DNA of 63,238 nucleotides, counting the filler, from Olpidium bornovanus S191 (lineage: Eukaryota > Fungi > Olpidiomycota), in the NCBI GenBank assembly GCA_017911155.1. It is 31 parts of 31 records of this genome, joined end to end, with 100 filler letters (N's around TTAATTAATTAA, not from the genome) between each part and the next. Parts side by side here need not be neighbours in the genome. Positions count along the whole stretch, not along the records: positions 21,750 to 22,952 come from JAEFCI010011487.1; positions 23,053 to 24,863 come from JAEFCI010008737.1; positions 24,964 to 27,266 come from JAEFCI010003455.1; positions 27,367 to 32,035 come from JAEFCI010004428.1; positions 32,136 to 33,353 come from JAEFCI010010109.1; positions 33,454 to 35,693 come from JAEFCI010000654.1; 25 more parts are not named here. One strand, written 5' to 3'. Shown here in pieces: positions 21,917-33,518 of this stretch; within the stretch, counting starts at the first letter, position 1; each line of letters starts with the position of its first letter. A program made the translations under genes and the position numbers. The notes under the pieces were generated by a model. That model worked only from the letters and a program-made list of their open reading frames with translations. It searched no databases and was not told where the DNA came from.

Positions 21917-22441
21917 CTCGCCATAGGAACAAGAAGCATCTCCGCCCGCCGCCGGTGAACTGGCATCAACTACCGTTTCTTGATCATTATCCTCTCGAGT
22001 TGGGATTGCACCCGCCAAGTCCTCGTCGAAAACTTCTTTGCTTCTGCGTTGCAAAGTCTCCAGCGTATCCACGAACGCATCCTCGCGAGATCGGGTAGTG
22101 CAATCCTCTCCGCAATCTGGAGCGTCCTCCTTCCCAGCGTGCGGCACGCCCGGCACCTGCCGCCCCTCTGTGTTGCGGAAGAAGCGCCCGGCACGCCTCG
22201 AATCTCTCGCGGTGGACGAAGAGTGCTCGGGAACGCACTCGCTGTCGTCGGGCGACATAGGGGAGCCGACGTCCGGGCTGCCTTCGTCGTCGTCCCGCTC
22301 GCCGTCGCTGTCGGAGATGGTGCTTAACGAGTGCGTTTCGCCGACGCGTTTCGGGATCGACAACAACGCAGACGCTTCGTCTGAGCCGATTCCGGCACCC
22401 AGCCTCCGAGCCCCCACGTCGGGCACCATCGCGTATGTCGC
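21917..22441 (-). CDS. Probable internal exon (175 codons, phase 0-0) of an unidentified acidic, low-complexity protein
   Basis: Open frame bounded by a CAG acceptor and a GTAAGA donor, encoding ATYAMVPDVG...DSDGERDDDEGSP...LETLQRRSKEVFDEDL. No family recognised. Confidence 0.4.
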
Positions 22442-25234
22442 CTGCCATGGAGGGAGCGGCCATAAATGGATGGCCCACAAGAAACGAACTCTACAACGAG
22501 GCGTGGTATGGCGGACTCATGACGGCGCTGTCCGCATTGATTTCGCGTACCTGTTCGGCGAAAAGCAATGGATTGGTACCGAAAGCCGCAGGCCCCGGCT
22601 ACATTCTCCGTTCAAGCGGTCAAGGAGTAAAGGAAAATAAAAAAAAAACTCAGCGCGCGCGAGAAAATTTCGTCTTGATTGACGCCATGGCCAATGGTCG
22701 TAGTAAAACCAAGGCCTAAGAAACCGCAGAAAACAATCGCTTCTGCTTTTCCTTTCTCTTTCTTTTTCGTTGTTTTCGTCTTTTGGCCCCATCCCAGCAT
22801 ACCTCGTAAACAATAGACGAAGTTCGGCCGTCATGCGAGGAGATAACGCTGATCCTCCTCGCGCGCGCTGGTAGCAATGACGAAGACGGGACAAGTACAG
22901 TGTCGGTCGCAAAAGCGATAGAGGATCTAGAGCCTAGGGTGTGCGCACTTCCNNNNNNNNNNNNNNNNNNNNNNNNNNNNNNNNNNNNNNNNNNNNTTAA
23001 TTAATTAANNNNNNNNNNNNNNNNNNNNNNNNNNNNNNNNNNNNNNNNNNNNGTCGAGTTTCGCCGATCGGGCGATGGTTTGTTTTGTATCGAAGTCGCG
23101 AAGGCAGAACTAAAGTAAAAACAAGGCACAGTACACCCGGGGACGGGAAGCGTCGTTTTCTAGAGACCGCATGACGCCCTTACGCTGCAGTGAAAACTCG
23201 CGTAGCTGCGGGACGCGCCGTGCGCGCCCTCCTGACCACGGCCGCGTGTGGGGCACAGCTTGTCGTCCCCGTAAACTCGCCACATCCTGCCTCTGTTGTT
23301 AATTCTTTGTCGCCGAGACCGCTTCCCCCGAGCGCGCGCGCTGCGCGGCACCAGGAGCCAGGCTCGTTTTTTTTTTTCGCTTCCTTCCGCCGTTTGGCAA
23401 TTCGGAATCTGCCCGTTTAACACGCTTTTCTCTCCGGGCAAATCCAAATCAACGACAAAGTCATCAAAGCTCCGAATTTTTGCGAAGTGCACGCCCTCTC
23501 GGCCAACCGAAAAGTGAGCACCGGCCTTGGTCCGTGTGCTTACTATAAATGTGCTGTATACTGATATAATATCTATAATTATTATAGTGCTATCAATGAT
23601 TTAGAGGGTAGTGCCAGCGAGAATCAAGGAAACCCAAAACAAAGACATTTGAAGGGTTGTTTGGTTGACTTCGGCGTGAAATGTGCCCGATGCACTTGCT
23701 GGCGATGTTGGTACCGCAGGATAAATGGGTTTATCCTGGGATGCGCACAGTGGAAGGCGGGCATGCATGTGTTTTGATTTAAAAACGAAAGACGGGTAAA
23801 TGCCAGAGGGGGGAATGCGTTCATGATTCTTGCTGGTTGACGAGCAGAGGCCTGAGAAGTGTCCCGAACCGTTCTAATAAGGGGAGGTGTCCCGAATCGT
23901 TCAGCATTTTACCTGGAACGGGAGAAAAATGCTTAAGGTATGTAGAAAGATATTAGAACAAAAAGGATCGAGGTGGAAGGCGCATAAACGTTTGGACACA
24001 ACCATTGTCTTCAGAATATCAATGTGATCTCTGAGTAATTCGACGAACAGCTTGAAGTCTTCTATGCGGCACTTACATTCGCGTTGCAATCTGCCCTCTG
24101 CCTGCGGAGCACGGGTTAACGTGCAGAGTAAATGACAGCCATGGACATCGGCCGACGTACAATACACTTTAAATGGAGTCGTGGGGCTCCATCGGGCGTC
24201 AGCAAGAGCGCATCGCGCGCCCGCGAAAACTGGCAAGGAACTAGTTTTCCCGGGTATACGAGCAGTAACAGCCCGACGGGGCAAGGAGCTCCCTTTGGTG
24301 ATTGGCGCCCACCCATCCGCACTACGCGGGGAAAGGCTTGCTGTTTTGCATACTACGCTTTCCGGCCGAAAAAGCTTCCGAGCGCCCACCCCCGCCCCCC
24401 CTCCCCCAACTCCTCAACCCTCTCCCACACTGAGAGAGGCAACACTGATCTTTGCAGTCGACCCCGACGTGCTGTCCAAAAGGAATTCCCGGACGTGCAG
24501 GTGCAGCTTGTCGTGCGTACGTCCCGCAACGAAGCACCCTGTAACTTGGGCTGGTTCATGAGAGGCGCCGGGCGATAACTTCTTTACGTTGCAAGTTCGG
24601 AGAGTGGAAAGGAACCTTCGAAAATTGACACTCGAGCAGGAGCTCGGCCCACCAAACCTTTCCGTCACAAGCCACGTGGCCGCATGGCGTTTCGTAATAG
24701 CATAATAGGAGCACGCATACGCATGGATGGCAGCCTCTCATTCATGCGACATAAAGAGGTCCCGGGCCAAGTGGACGCGAAATCCAACTAATGCAAAGAC
24801 GAAAGAAACGGAAGCAACGTATTCTGGGAGGGGCAAAAAATATGGACCGCACGGGCAAAAGAANNNNNNNNNNNNNNNNNNNNNNNNNNNNNNNNNNNNN
24901 NNNNNNNTTAATTAATTAANNNNNNNNNNNNNNNNNNNNNNNNNNNNNNNNNNNNNNNNNNNNTACATGGGGAGGGCGGCCTTTGTTTTTTTTTTTCGCG
25001 CTTGTTTTCAGGCGCGCGAGCACAGCGGGAGGGGGGGGGGGGGGGGGGGGTTTTCTCCCCTTTCCCCCCCCTTTTTTTTTTTTTTCCCCCCCCCCCCCCC
25101 CCGCCACGCACACACACACACACGCACACACACTCACACACACACACACATACACATACACACACACAAACCATGTCACACGGCTTTTGGTCGCCTTTCA
25201 AAGCTCCAATAACAATTGCAAATGGGCATTTTTC

Positions 25235-25266
<32 letters not shown>

Positions 25267-25410
25267 GCCTCGGCTGCCAAAAAAAAAAAAAGCTGGAACC
25301 CGTCCTTCCCAGTTTCGCGAAAGAATAAAGTTTGTGTGAAGCATTGAATGACGCGCGGCTCTCCGTCCTAAAAACCAACGGGAAAAAAAAAAAAAAAAAA
25401 AAAAAAGAAA

Positions 25411-25491
25411 GAAGAAGAAGAAGAAGAAGAAGAAGAAGAAGAAGAAGAAGAAGAAGAAGAAGAAGAAGAAGAAGAAGAAGAAGAAGAAGAA
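25411..25491 (+). repeat. (GAA)27 trinucleotide microsatellite, flanked by (CA)n, poly-A and poly-C tracts
   Basis: Directly visible. It explains the poly-R, poly-L, poly-F and poly-S ORFs in the track. Confidence 0.9.
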
Positions 25492-25698
25492 GACGAAAAA
25501 GAAGAAAAAGAAGAAGAAAAATAGAAGAAGAACAAGAAGAAGAACAAGAAGAAGCTCTCCCTCTGTGCTTTCGAATCCTCTCTCCACCCCCGCACACACA
25601 CACACACACACACACACACCCCGAGAAACGCCCATCTCTCTCTCCCGTCCGCCCAGAGGGCGCCAGGCCGCCGCCCCCGAAGACCACGTTGCGCCTTC

Positions 25699-25736
<38 letters not shown>

Positions 25737-26037
25737 CCCCCCCCCCCCCCCCCCCCCCCCCCGCGCGCGCGCCCCCCCCCCCCCCCCACCCCCCCCGCCC
25801 CCCCCCCCCCCCCCCCCCCCCCCCCTTGCAGGCCGCCGAGCGGGCACCGCGTCTCCTGTCGTGCCGCGGCGAACGGAACGACCACCAGGGAGACGGAGAG
25901 AGAGCGAGAAAAAGAGAGAGAGAAAGAGAGAGAGAGACACTGAGAACCAAGCCGCACAGCCGCCGAGACAGCGAGAGGGCACTGAGATACACTGACACAG
26001 AGCGACCGCGGACACGCGGAGACGGCGACGACTGGTA

Positions 26038-27230
26038 ATGTCTGTGCAGCCCCGAGAAGAAGCGCCCGCGGAAGCTGGGAAGCCGACGGGGAACCAGAGA
26101 GAAGAAGCGGCGAACGGGGCGGTTGCGGGGAAGCTCGGGAAGCCTCCTGGCGGGACCAGCAGCAACGCCAGCGGCGAAGGCGCTGTCGGTGCCGCGATAA
26201 GCGACAGCAGCGGGGGCGATAGCAGACGACAAAACGGGCGGCGTGCCAGCAGCACAAGCATCGCCGGCCGGACTGATGCCAAGCCCGTCGCGCCGGCGAC
26301 CCCGCTCGTCGCCGCAGATACGCTCTCGCCCAACCTGGGCGTCTGCCGCCACGCTGCGCTGGTCGTGAATTCGGGCGATCCCCTCGCCAGGGTCGACTTG
26401 TCCTTGTTCAAGGTAGCGTGGTGCACACCCGAGTTCCCAGACTTTGTTTTTGCCGTATCCGCGCCACGGGGCGATACGTGCGCTTCCGCGCCTGAAATTG
26501 GCAGCGCGCGGCGTGCGCCGGTTTAGTCTTCCCGTTGCGTCGCAACACAGAGGTTTTTGTCAGCGACGGCGCAAGTCTGACTCACCGCTTCCTAACTGCC
26601 GTTCTTCCAGAAACAACTCGGCAACTCCTCGTTGCGGTGCGACAGCACAAACTGCGCAGCCGCGATGCCCAAAATCTGGATATGTCTGAACGTGCGTTTG
26701 CTTTCTGTTGTCCAACAATACAATGGGCACTGGGCGACGCATCTGCGGGGCCGGGCGGAAGTGCGGAAGTTCTCAAGGAAGCTCGTCGCGTGATTTTTCC
26801 CGGGAACACGGTGGGAGAAAGGAGAATTCCGCCCGGTCCGCTGGGGGAAAAATTCGAGCGCGTATCACGGCGAGGAAGCATATACCGTTGAGCTGCGAAA
26901 TCCTGTGAAAGAGTTCAGCGTCACGGGATCTGCAGCAGCGGCTGTCGTCCGGGTCCCGCAAGTGGCTTTCAGCGCAGACCCAAAGATCATAAATACGCGG
27001 TCATACGTTCAGCCAGACAACCGCTCACCACTAACCGCCTCCAGATGCTCGTGTACGCCTTGCACGCCGCGTTTAGTCGAAGTGCCGCGCGCTCGTGTGC
27101 TCCACCGGCGTCGCCTCCCACATGCGGGATCATTTTGACTCGCAGCATGTAACGGAAACGAACGTGGCAGGGGACTGCCATTGTGTATTTGTGAACCCGA
27201 GGTCTCTCACCTTCTGGTGTTACGAGTGCG
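26038..27230 (+). CDS. zf-UBP-containing ubiquitin-specific protease (USP16/USP45-like), 5' exons 26038-26412, 26611-26691, about 27077-27230; partial
   Basis: Spliced product reads CRHAA...LFK|KQLGNSSLRCDSTNCAAAMPKIWICLN|SKCRALVC...HMRDHF...HCVFVNPRSLTFWCYEC, a complete zf-UBP Cys/His pattern. The exon 3 acceptor is uncertain. Confidence 0.75.
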
Positions 27231-27466
27231 GTACGAGCTCTGCTTGTATTTCAATGCTCTGCCGCANNNNNNNNNNNNNNNNNNNNNNNNNNNNNNNNNN
27301 NNNNNNNNNNTTAATTAATTAANNNNNNNNNNNNNNNNNNNNNNNNNNNNNNNNNNNNNNNNNNNNCCGGTTGTTCCTGCATCAGGAGAATACGCATCAG
27401 GCCCATACTAAAACCCGAGCAAATCGGTTCTCGGATTTTTGTTTTTTTTTTTCATAGGAAACTTAC

Positions 27467-28769
27467 TGAAGGCCAAGCGGTCGCATGAGCTCGACAATGT
27501 CGGATTTCGTTGCTGCTTAAAATTTTTTTGGGCGGAGGCTCACGTGAGAAACACGGGATATGTCGAACCAGTCTAGCAACGTCCGAGTTGTGAACCCACC
27601 CTGAGCACAAGCTAAGGCGTTCGGATACTTGCGAAAGAATTCCATCATGATGGGTATCGCGGCTCGCGCTGTCGTCTTGTTGAGAAACTTCGTGGCCACC
27701 AACAGTTTCCACGGGTCTTCGTACAAAATTTCCTGTTCGAACGACGGATCGGCAAGAAAATCTATCACCAGTGACCAAAGCCGGTGGTTTAACGTTTCTC
27801 ATGACCAACCTGAATGAGGCAGTATGGAGAACGCTTAGGGCGAAACGGCGGAACCCACGGTTCGGGGAGAGTCAAGTTGGAAATGTTTACGGTCCGCCAG
27901 GCATATTTAGACGAAATCGCCGATTTGTCCCTTTTTGTTTTCAATTTGGTCGCAGTTCCGGAAGTTTCGCGATCTGTTGCGAAGCATAGCATTCAGCCAC
28001 TTGCGGGAAGCGCCTCACTGTCTGTCGCACCCCGCTTTATATCACGCGTCGAATTCGACGCGGTGGGGATCGGCTCACCCCCCACTTCATCCAGCGGAGG
28101 AACGAACGAATCGGGTACACTTCCATCGCGAAGGCAGCTAACTTCGACGGGAGACGGCAGTTTTAGAGCCGGTGGGGCAATGACGGTCCCCTGGGCATCG
28201 CGCCTGGCGCGCTTTGTTCCAGCGGCTTTCTCCGCTAATGGTTTCCGGGTCTTGCGCTTTCGGCCGGAGGCTGCCTCAGAAATTGGCCGCGTAGTGGCGT
28301 TATCCCCCGCGCTCGACAGCAGCGGTTGCGTCGTTTCCGTTTTGGTGAGATGGGCACCGACGAACTTCCCGCCCGCCAACGACGGAACTTGTGCGACCGA
28401 GTTTTTGCGTGCTCTCCTTGAGGGAGCGGCGGCTTCGGCCTCCTGCGAGCTTTCCCTGCCTGGCTCGCCGGCCACTTCCGGCGAGGCCGTGCACCGAATA
28501 GCCCTGCACGCCTTGGATCCTCCGAGTTTTCCGATGTCGGCCCGAGTCCGCCCGCAGTGCTTTGGCCGCGGCGCTCTCGCTGGCAACGTGCATGGTGGGA
28601 AGTAGGGGCTCTTCGTGCCTGTCGCAGCGGACCGCCGCCGCCCCCGCTTCCTCTTCTTCGTGCGCCGCGGCGACGGCTGCGGGCTGTTGCTGTTGGCCCC
28701 CTCGGCCTCGCAGGTGTCGGACACCGGGCGCGGGAAGTCTGGAGAGCGGGTGGCGGCCTTCCGGGCCAT
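27467..28769 (-). CDS. MBD4: MBD4-like HhH-GPD DNA glycosylase (exons 28769-28019, 27973-27810, 27732-27600, 27515-27467; 3' end missing)
   Basis: TKSPYF...WVPPFRPKRSPYCLIQ|EILYEDPWKLLVATKFLNKTT...FFRKYP...DIVELMRPLGL, versus MBD4 [32 protein letters not shown]...LLKPLGL. The start codon choice is tentative. Confidence 0.88.
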
Positions 28770-29155
28770 GGTGAAGACGACGCTTCTCCGGGGTTGTAGC
28801 TTGGTTTGTGGCACGGCTGTTGCCTGTTCCTGACCCGCCGAACCGTCGCGGCCGTGACGGACTGGGCCGTCTCTGAGATCACCAAGATCTCACGGCGAGG
28901 CCAGCATGGAAACCGCTAATCATTAACTATTACAAGAACATGTTACAAACTGCCGTTAGCGGATTCTAGCAGGCGGCGAGCAGTGATTTTATGCTGGTCC
29001 AAAATCGAAACGCGGCCATTGTTTTCGAGAGAGGGATCGCTTTCTCAGATTGACCACCGTGGCGCCGGTCGAAGCGGCGCCGTCAACAAAAAAGAATTCG
29101 GACGGAAAAACACGGCGGATTTATCGCCCCCGCAAGATTTATACATCTATCCCGT

Positions 29156-31544
29156 TCAACCGACGGTCGGCGACTTTGCCTTCTTTCCACAAGCAGGTCG
29201 CCCCGGCTTGAAATCCTGCCCGAACGCCTTTCCCGAGCGGATGGCGGATATGAGGTCGTCGAAGCCGCCCTCCTGTTCCGCGGCGCTTCCGGCTGTTGTC
29301 GGCGACACGGCTATCTCGCCCTCCTTCTTCCTCTTGGTACGCTGCTCTTCGCGCTGCCGCCTCTGTTCTTCCTTCTTGGCCTCCTCAGCCGCCTTGGCAA
29401 TGATCGCCTCGTTCTCCGCTGCGGCTTGCTGGCGAAGCAGCCAGACGGCGAGGGAAGCAGACGTGGAGGAACAAAGAAATAAAAAAAAACCACAAGAAAG
29501 CATGGTCGCGTGAGACGGCCGAACTCTGTCGTCTGCACAAAAAGGCCAGGATAATGGCAGTCGTAGGAAACGCCTCAGCGTATCGCACCTGAAATGATTG
29601 CGCGAACCTGCAGAAAATTCCGAAGAACTCTTCGGGCGTCGCGGTCTTGGGATCCTCGGCGTAGGCCGCGACAGCCTGCTCGAAGCCCGCGATCGCCTTC
29701 TTCGCGCTCTCGTCCAGAGCCTTGCAGCGCGCCTCGCTTTCCAAGTAAAACTCTCGCATGATCGGCACGAAGTGGTCGTCGGCCTTCCTGCCGCCTTTGC
29801 TCGCCGCCGACGACTCGAGGAGCGTTCCGATTTTTTTCAAACCGGTCCGCACGTGCACGAGAGTCTGCCGGAGTGCCGGAATGCTGACTTTTGCCCCTGA
29901 CTCCAACGGGGCGAGCTCCTCGGGGAACCCCGCCGTCTCGGGGAATTTTAACTGGACGAGGTCCACGAGGTAATGCAACAAGGTGTGCTTGCGGTTTGAG
30001 AGCGTCGACTTCGTGTCACCGAGCTATTAGCCACAGAATTCGCCAGCAAGGGGTTGACTGATTAGGTTATTAGCATGTAGGAGACGAAGCTGATGAACTC
30101 CTCGGATAACTGCCGTCTAACCTTTAACAAGCTCTCAAGTTTGAAACCGTACGCACCACCGCGCTGGCCAGTATTCATTATGTTCCCCAACGCAAGAATA
30201 ATCTGCAATACAGGCATGCGGACAAAGTCAGATAGACCTCCCCGCAAACGAACTTTCAGGTCTGCAGGCATAATCGAAAGCGAGGAGACGACGAAAAACC
30301 GCTCATTAGTTGGCCAATGTCCTCCCCTCCAGCACGCTCCGCAGCTTTTTGCCCTCCATGACCTCTTTGTTAGCGGCGTCCAATGCGCCCACCCAGTTCT
30401 CCAGGTCGACCACGCACTCCTTGAACGATGCTTTGAAGTGGATGGCCTGCAGCCGTTCCGCGTACTGAGGAATCTTGGAACACTCCAGGTAAAAGTACTC
30501 TGCGGGCGCAAGGTTCTGCGACTCGGACTCAAACGGGAGGATTGCGCTTATCTCGAAAAGCGCCGCTTCATAAGTACTATTGTTGCAGAAGCGGAAATGA
30601 CAGTGTAACAATGGCAAGTTGCACACTAACTTCTTCTTCCGTAGGAATGTATTTCAACAGCTCTGTGACTGCCTCACGTGGCAGAGCGTTGTCGTCGACC
30701 TTGTTAATGGCGACCTTGATCTGCTCTGCAGACATCTTGATAGTTTTGAGCAGAATTGTGCAGTTCTGCGACTTCTTTGCATCCAGCACGGAGATCTGCT
30801 TGGCCTTTTCCGGTGCCTTGTCTTTCGGGACGGACTCTCCAGCTGCCAGCCAGGTAGACGGTTACCTTCAGCCGATATGGAAATTACACCGCGCCACTGC
30901 CGATCTCAACGAGAAATAGCACTCACCGTTTTCCGCGGCGTCGGGATCCTTCTCTTTTTTCTGGTACGCAGAAAACAGTTCCTCGAACTCGGGGACGTCG
31001 ATCCGGCACGTCGCGTGCACGTCATCGAGGCCCTTCCAGACGGTGGAACTTATGGCCGTATTCGGCAATTTCTGCCAGTTGAACGGTTTGAGGGGCTTGC
31101 TGCCGGACGGCCGGGATTTCTTTGCTGGCAGGGCGGGCGCGGCCAGCGAGGTAGGTGGAGGAGGCGCGCGACATCCTCCTGGAGGAGGCGCCGGTCCACC
31201 GCCAGGTGGAGGAGGGGGTGGGGGAGGTCCGGCCGTGCCTGGAGGAGGAGGGGGTGGGGGAGGTCCGACCGTGCCGGGCGGCGGTGGGGGTGGCGGAGGT
31301 CCCGCCGCGCCGGGCGGAGGTGGGGGCGGTGGCGCTGGAGGGCCTCCTGTCCCCGACGTAAGTGGAGGTGGAGGTGGAGGTGGCGGCGGGCCACCAGTCG
31401 CCGGTGGCGGCGGGCCACCAGTCGCCGGTGGCGGCGGCGGACGAGGAGGAGGCGGTGCAGCGGGCCCCGGCGAAGGCGGGGGCGGGGGCGGAGGCGGCGG
31501 CGGCGGCGGGGGCGCGGGCGGGGCCCCTGCGCCTGGCTGTGGAG

Positions 31545-31577
<33 letters not shown>

Positions 31578-31962
31578 GGCCACCGCCAGGTGTACGTGGC
31601 GTTGGCGTTGGCGGCGGCGGCGGAGGCGGCGGCGGAGGCGGAGGCCCCGCTATTCCCGTCGGACCTAGCGGAGTAAGCGGTCCGCTTTCTGCGGTCGACG
31701 ACTGCCCGGAGTTCGCTTTGAGGATTGGTTGCACAAACCCGGCACATTTCGCCCTTGCCGGAAAAAAAAAAAAAAAAAAAAAAAAAACTCGCGAGACCCA
31801 CCTCGGCCGCGAACGTGGCGGCGTTCGACAGCAGGTCGCGCATCTTATCGAGCAGCTTGATCTCTCGCTCGGTCTCGCACCGCTTGCGGAGCACACAGTC
31901 GAGCTCATCAAAATCATGCTTTGCGGACGGCGGGTGCCGTGTCAGTTTTATCTCGAGGTCGG
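29156..31962 (-). CDS. Formin with FH1 polyproline region, FH2 domain and a DAAM-type DAD (at least 7 exons; 5' end missing)
   Basis: FH1 at about 31100-31660. FH2 motifs are LKPFNWQKL, ISVLDAKKSQNCTILL and [33 protein letters not shown]...TLLHYL. The C-terminal GGFDDLISAIRSGKAF is the DAD. Confidence 0.95.
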
Positions 31963-32471
31963 CTGAAAAAATGGGAAGAGCGCGCCCGCGTCAAACTTGC
32001 GAGTGGTGTGGATTGCAGCATCCAGAGTAGGCGGCNNNNNNNNNNNNNNNNNNNNNNNNNNNNNNNNNNNNNNNNNNNNTTAATTAATTAANNNNNNNNN
32101 NNNNNNNNNNNNNNNNNNNNNNNNNNNNNNNNNNNCATGCACGATGCGACCACGTGACTGCCCGCTTGACCCGTCCACCGCCTCTCCGCCCGGCCACACC
32201 CCGGGCACCGCAAACGCCGAGATCAGCGGATTATTCATACTCCAAGGTGAAAGTAGCCATCCGCCACGCTCGCTGCTCGACGCAGTTGCGTATCCCGCCG
32301 TCTGCGTGCTTTGTCAAGGGCATCCTTCCTGGGTCTACGGACCACGTGTATTGTCGGCAGTACGCCTCGGCCGCTTTCGCTGGGCGGCGGGTATGTCGCG
32401 GCAGGCTTCACCCTGCCTGAAGTCTCACTTTCCGGCGTAGTTTCCCGTTCCGCGTTGAACAGGCTTGAAAG

Positions 32472-33342
32472 ATGGGGAAGGAGAAAAAGGCGCGTTCTGC
32501 AATTGCCGACGTCGTTTCCCGGGAGTACACCATCCACCTCCACAAGCGCGTCCATGGCCGGTGCGTTCCCGTCCTGCGGAGGGGCCAGGCAACGTTCACG
32601 AGTTTTTGCCCGGCTATTTGAGCCGACGCAAAATACTTTGAGGCCGTCAGTTTTCCCGCTCGTGCGTTGAGCGGGGGTTGGAAGTCGTCCCCGGACGCCA
32701 GACACAGGGCGGCGTTGCTGGGCAGCTTCCAACGCAGTGCGGGACGGTGTCAGAGTTCCGCCAAAACCGAAGCATTGGGACCTCCACGGCGTACATCATA
32801 TTAAGAGCGTGGCGTGCATGCTGAAGGAGAGCCTTGCTTCTGAAAGTACTGTTTGACGAAAGTGCACTGGCGAACTTTTTCATGGAGCTCTAAGTTGAAA
32901 CTGTGGATACTACTGCTTTGGGCACGACTCACATGCGTAGGTCGTTCAAGAAGCGCACCCCGCACGCCGTCAAGTCCATTCGGGAGTTTGCCACCAAGGC
33001 GATGGGCACCAAGGACGTCCGTATTGACCCCATACTGAATCAACGTCTTTGGGGACGCGGCATCAAGAACGTTCCTCACCGCATTCGCGTTCGCATCGAC
33101 CGCAAGCGGAATGACGACGAGGATGCTAAGGAGAAGCTCTACTCTTACGTTACCTACGTTAGCGTTCCGAATAACAATTTCAAGGGTGCGTCCTTTGACT
33201 TGCCGAATTATATTACGCGCTGCGACGTGTCCATCACGGAAGCAGGTATGCGTGTGAGCTTAGTACTTTTCCTAACTCGAAATGCTCGATCTCTCGTTGT
33301 TTAGGCCTCCAGACCATAGTTATTGCTGACGAGTCAGAGTAG
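32472..33342 (+). CDS. RPL31: 60S ribosomal protein eL31, complete, 3 exons (32472-32560, 32941-33185, 33305-33342)
   Basis: [59 protein letters not shown]...[13 protein letters not shown]. Confidence 0.97.
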
Positions 33343-33467
33343 GTCTTAACATGNNNNNNNNNNNNNNNNNNNNNNNNNNNNNNNNNNNNNNNNNNNNTTA
33401 ATTAATTAANNNNNNNNNNNNNNNNNNNNNNNNNNNNNNNNNNNNNNNNNNNNAAAAACCCGGGGGG

Positions 33468-33518
<51 letters not shown>

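Noticed and set aside
32561-32940. Possible intronic snoRNA in the long first intron of RPL31
   Set aside because: I found no properly spaced C box (RTGATGA) and D box (CTGA) pair, and no convincing H/ACA double hairpin. An Infernal/Rfam scan would be decisive.
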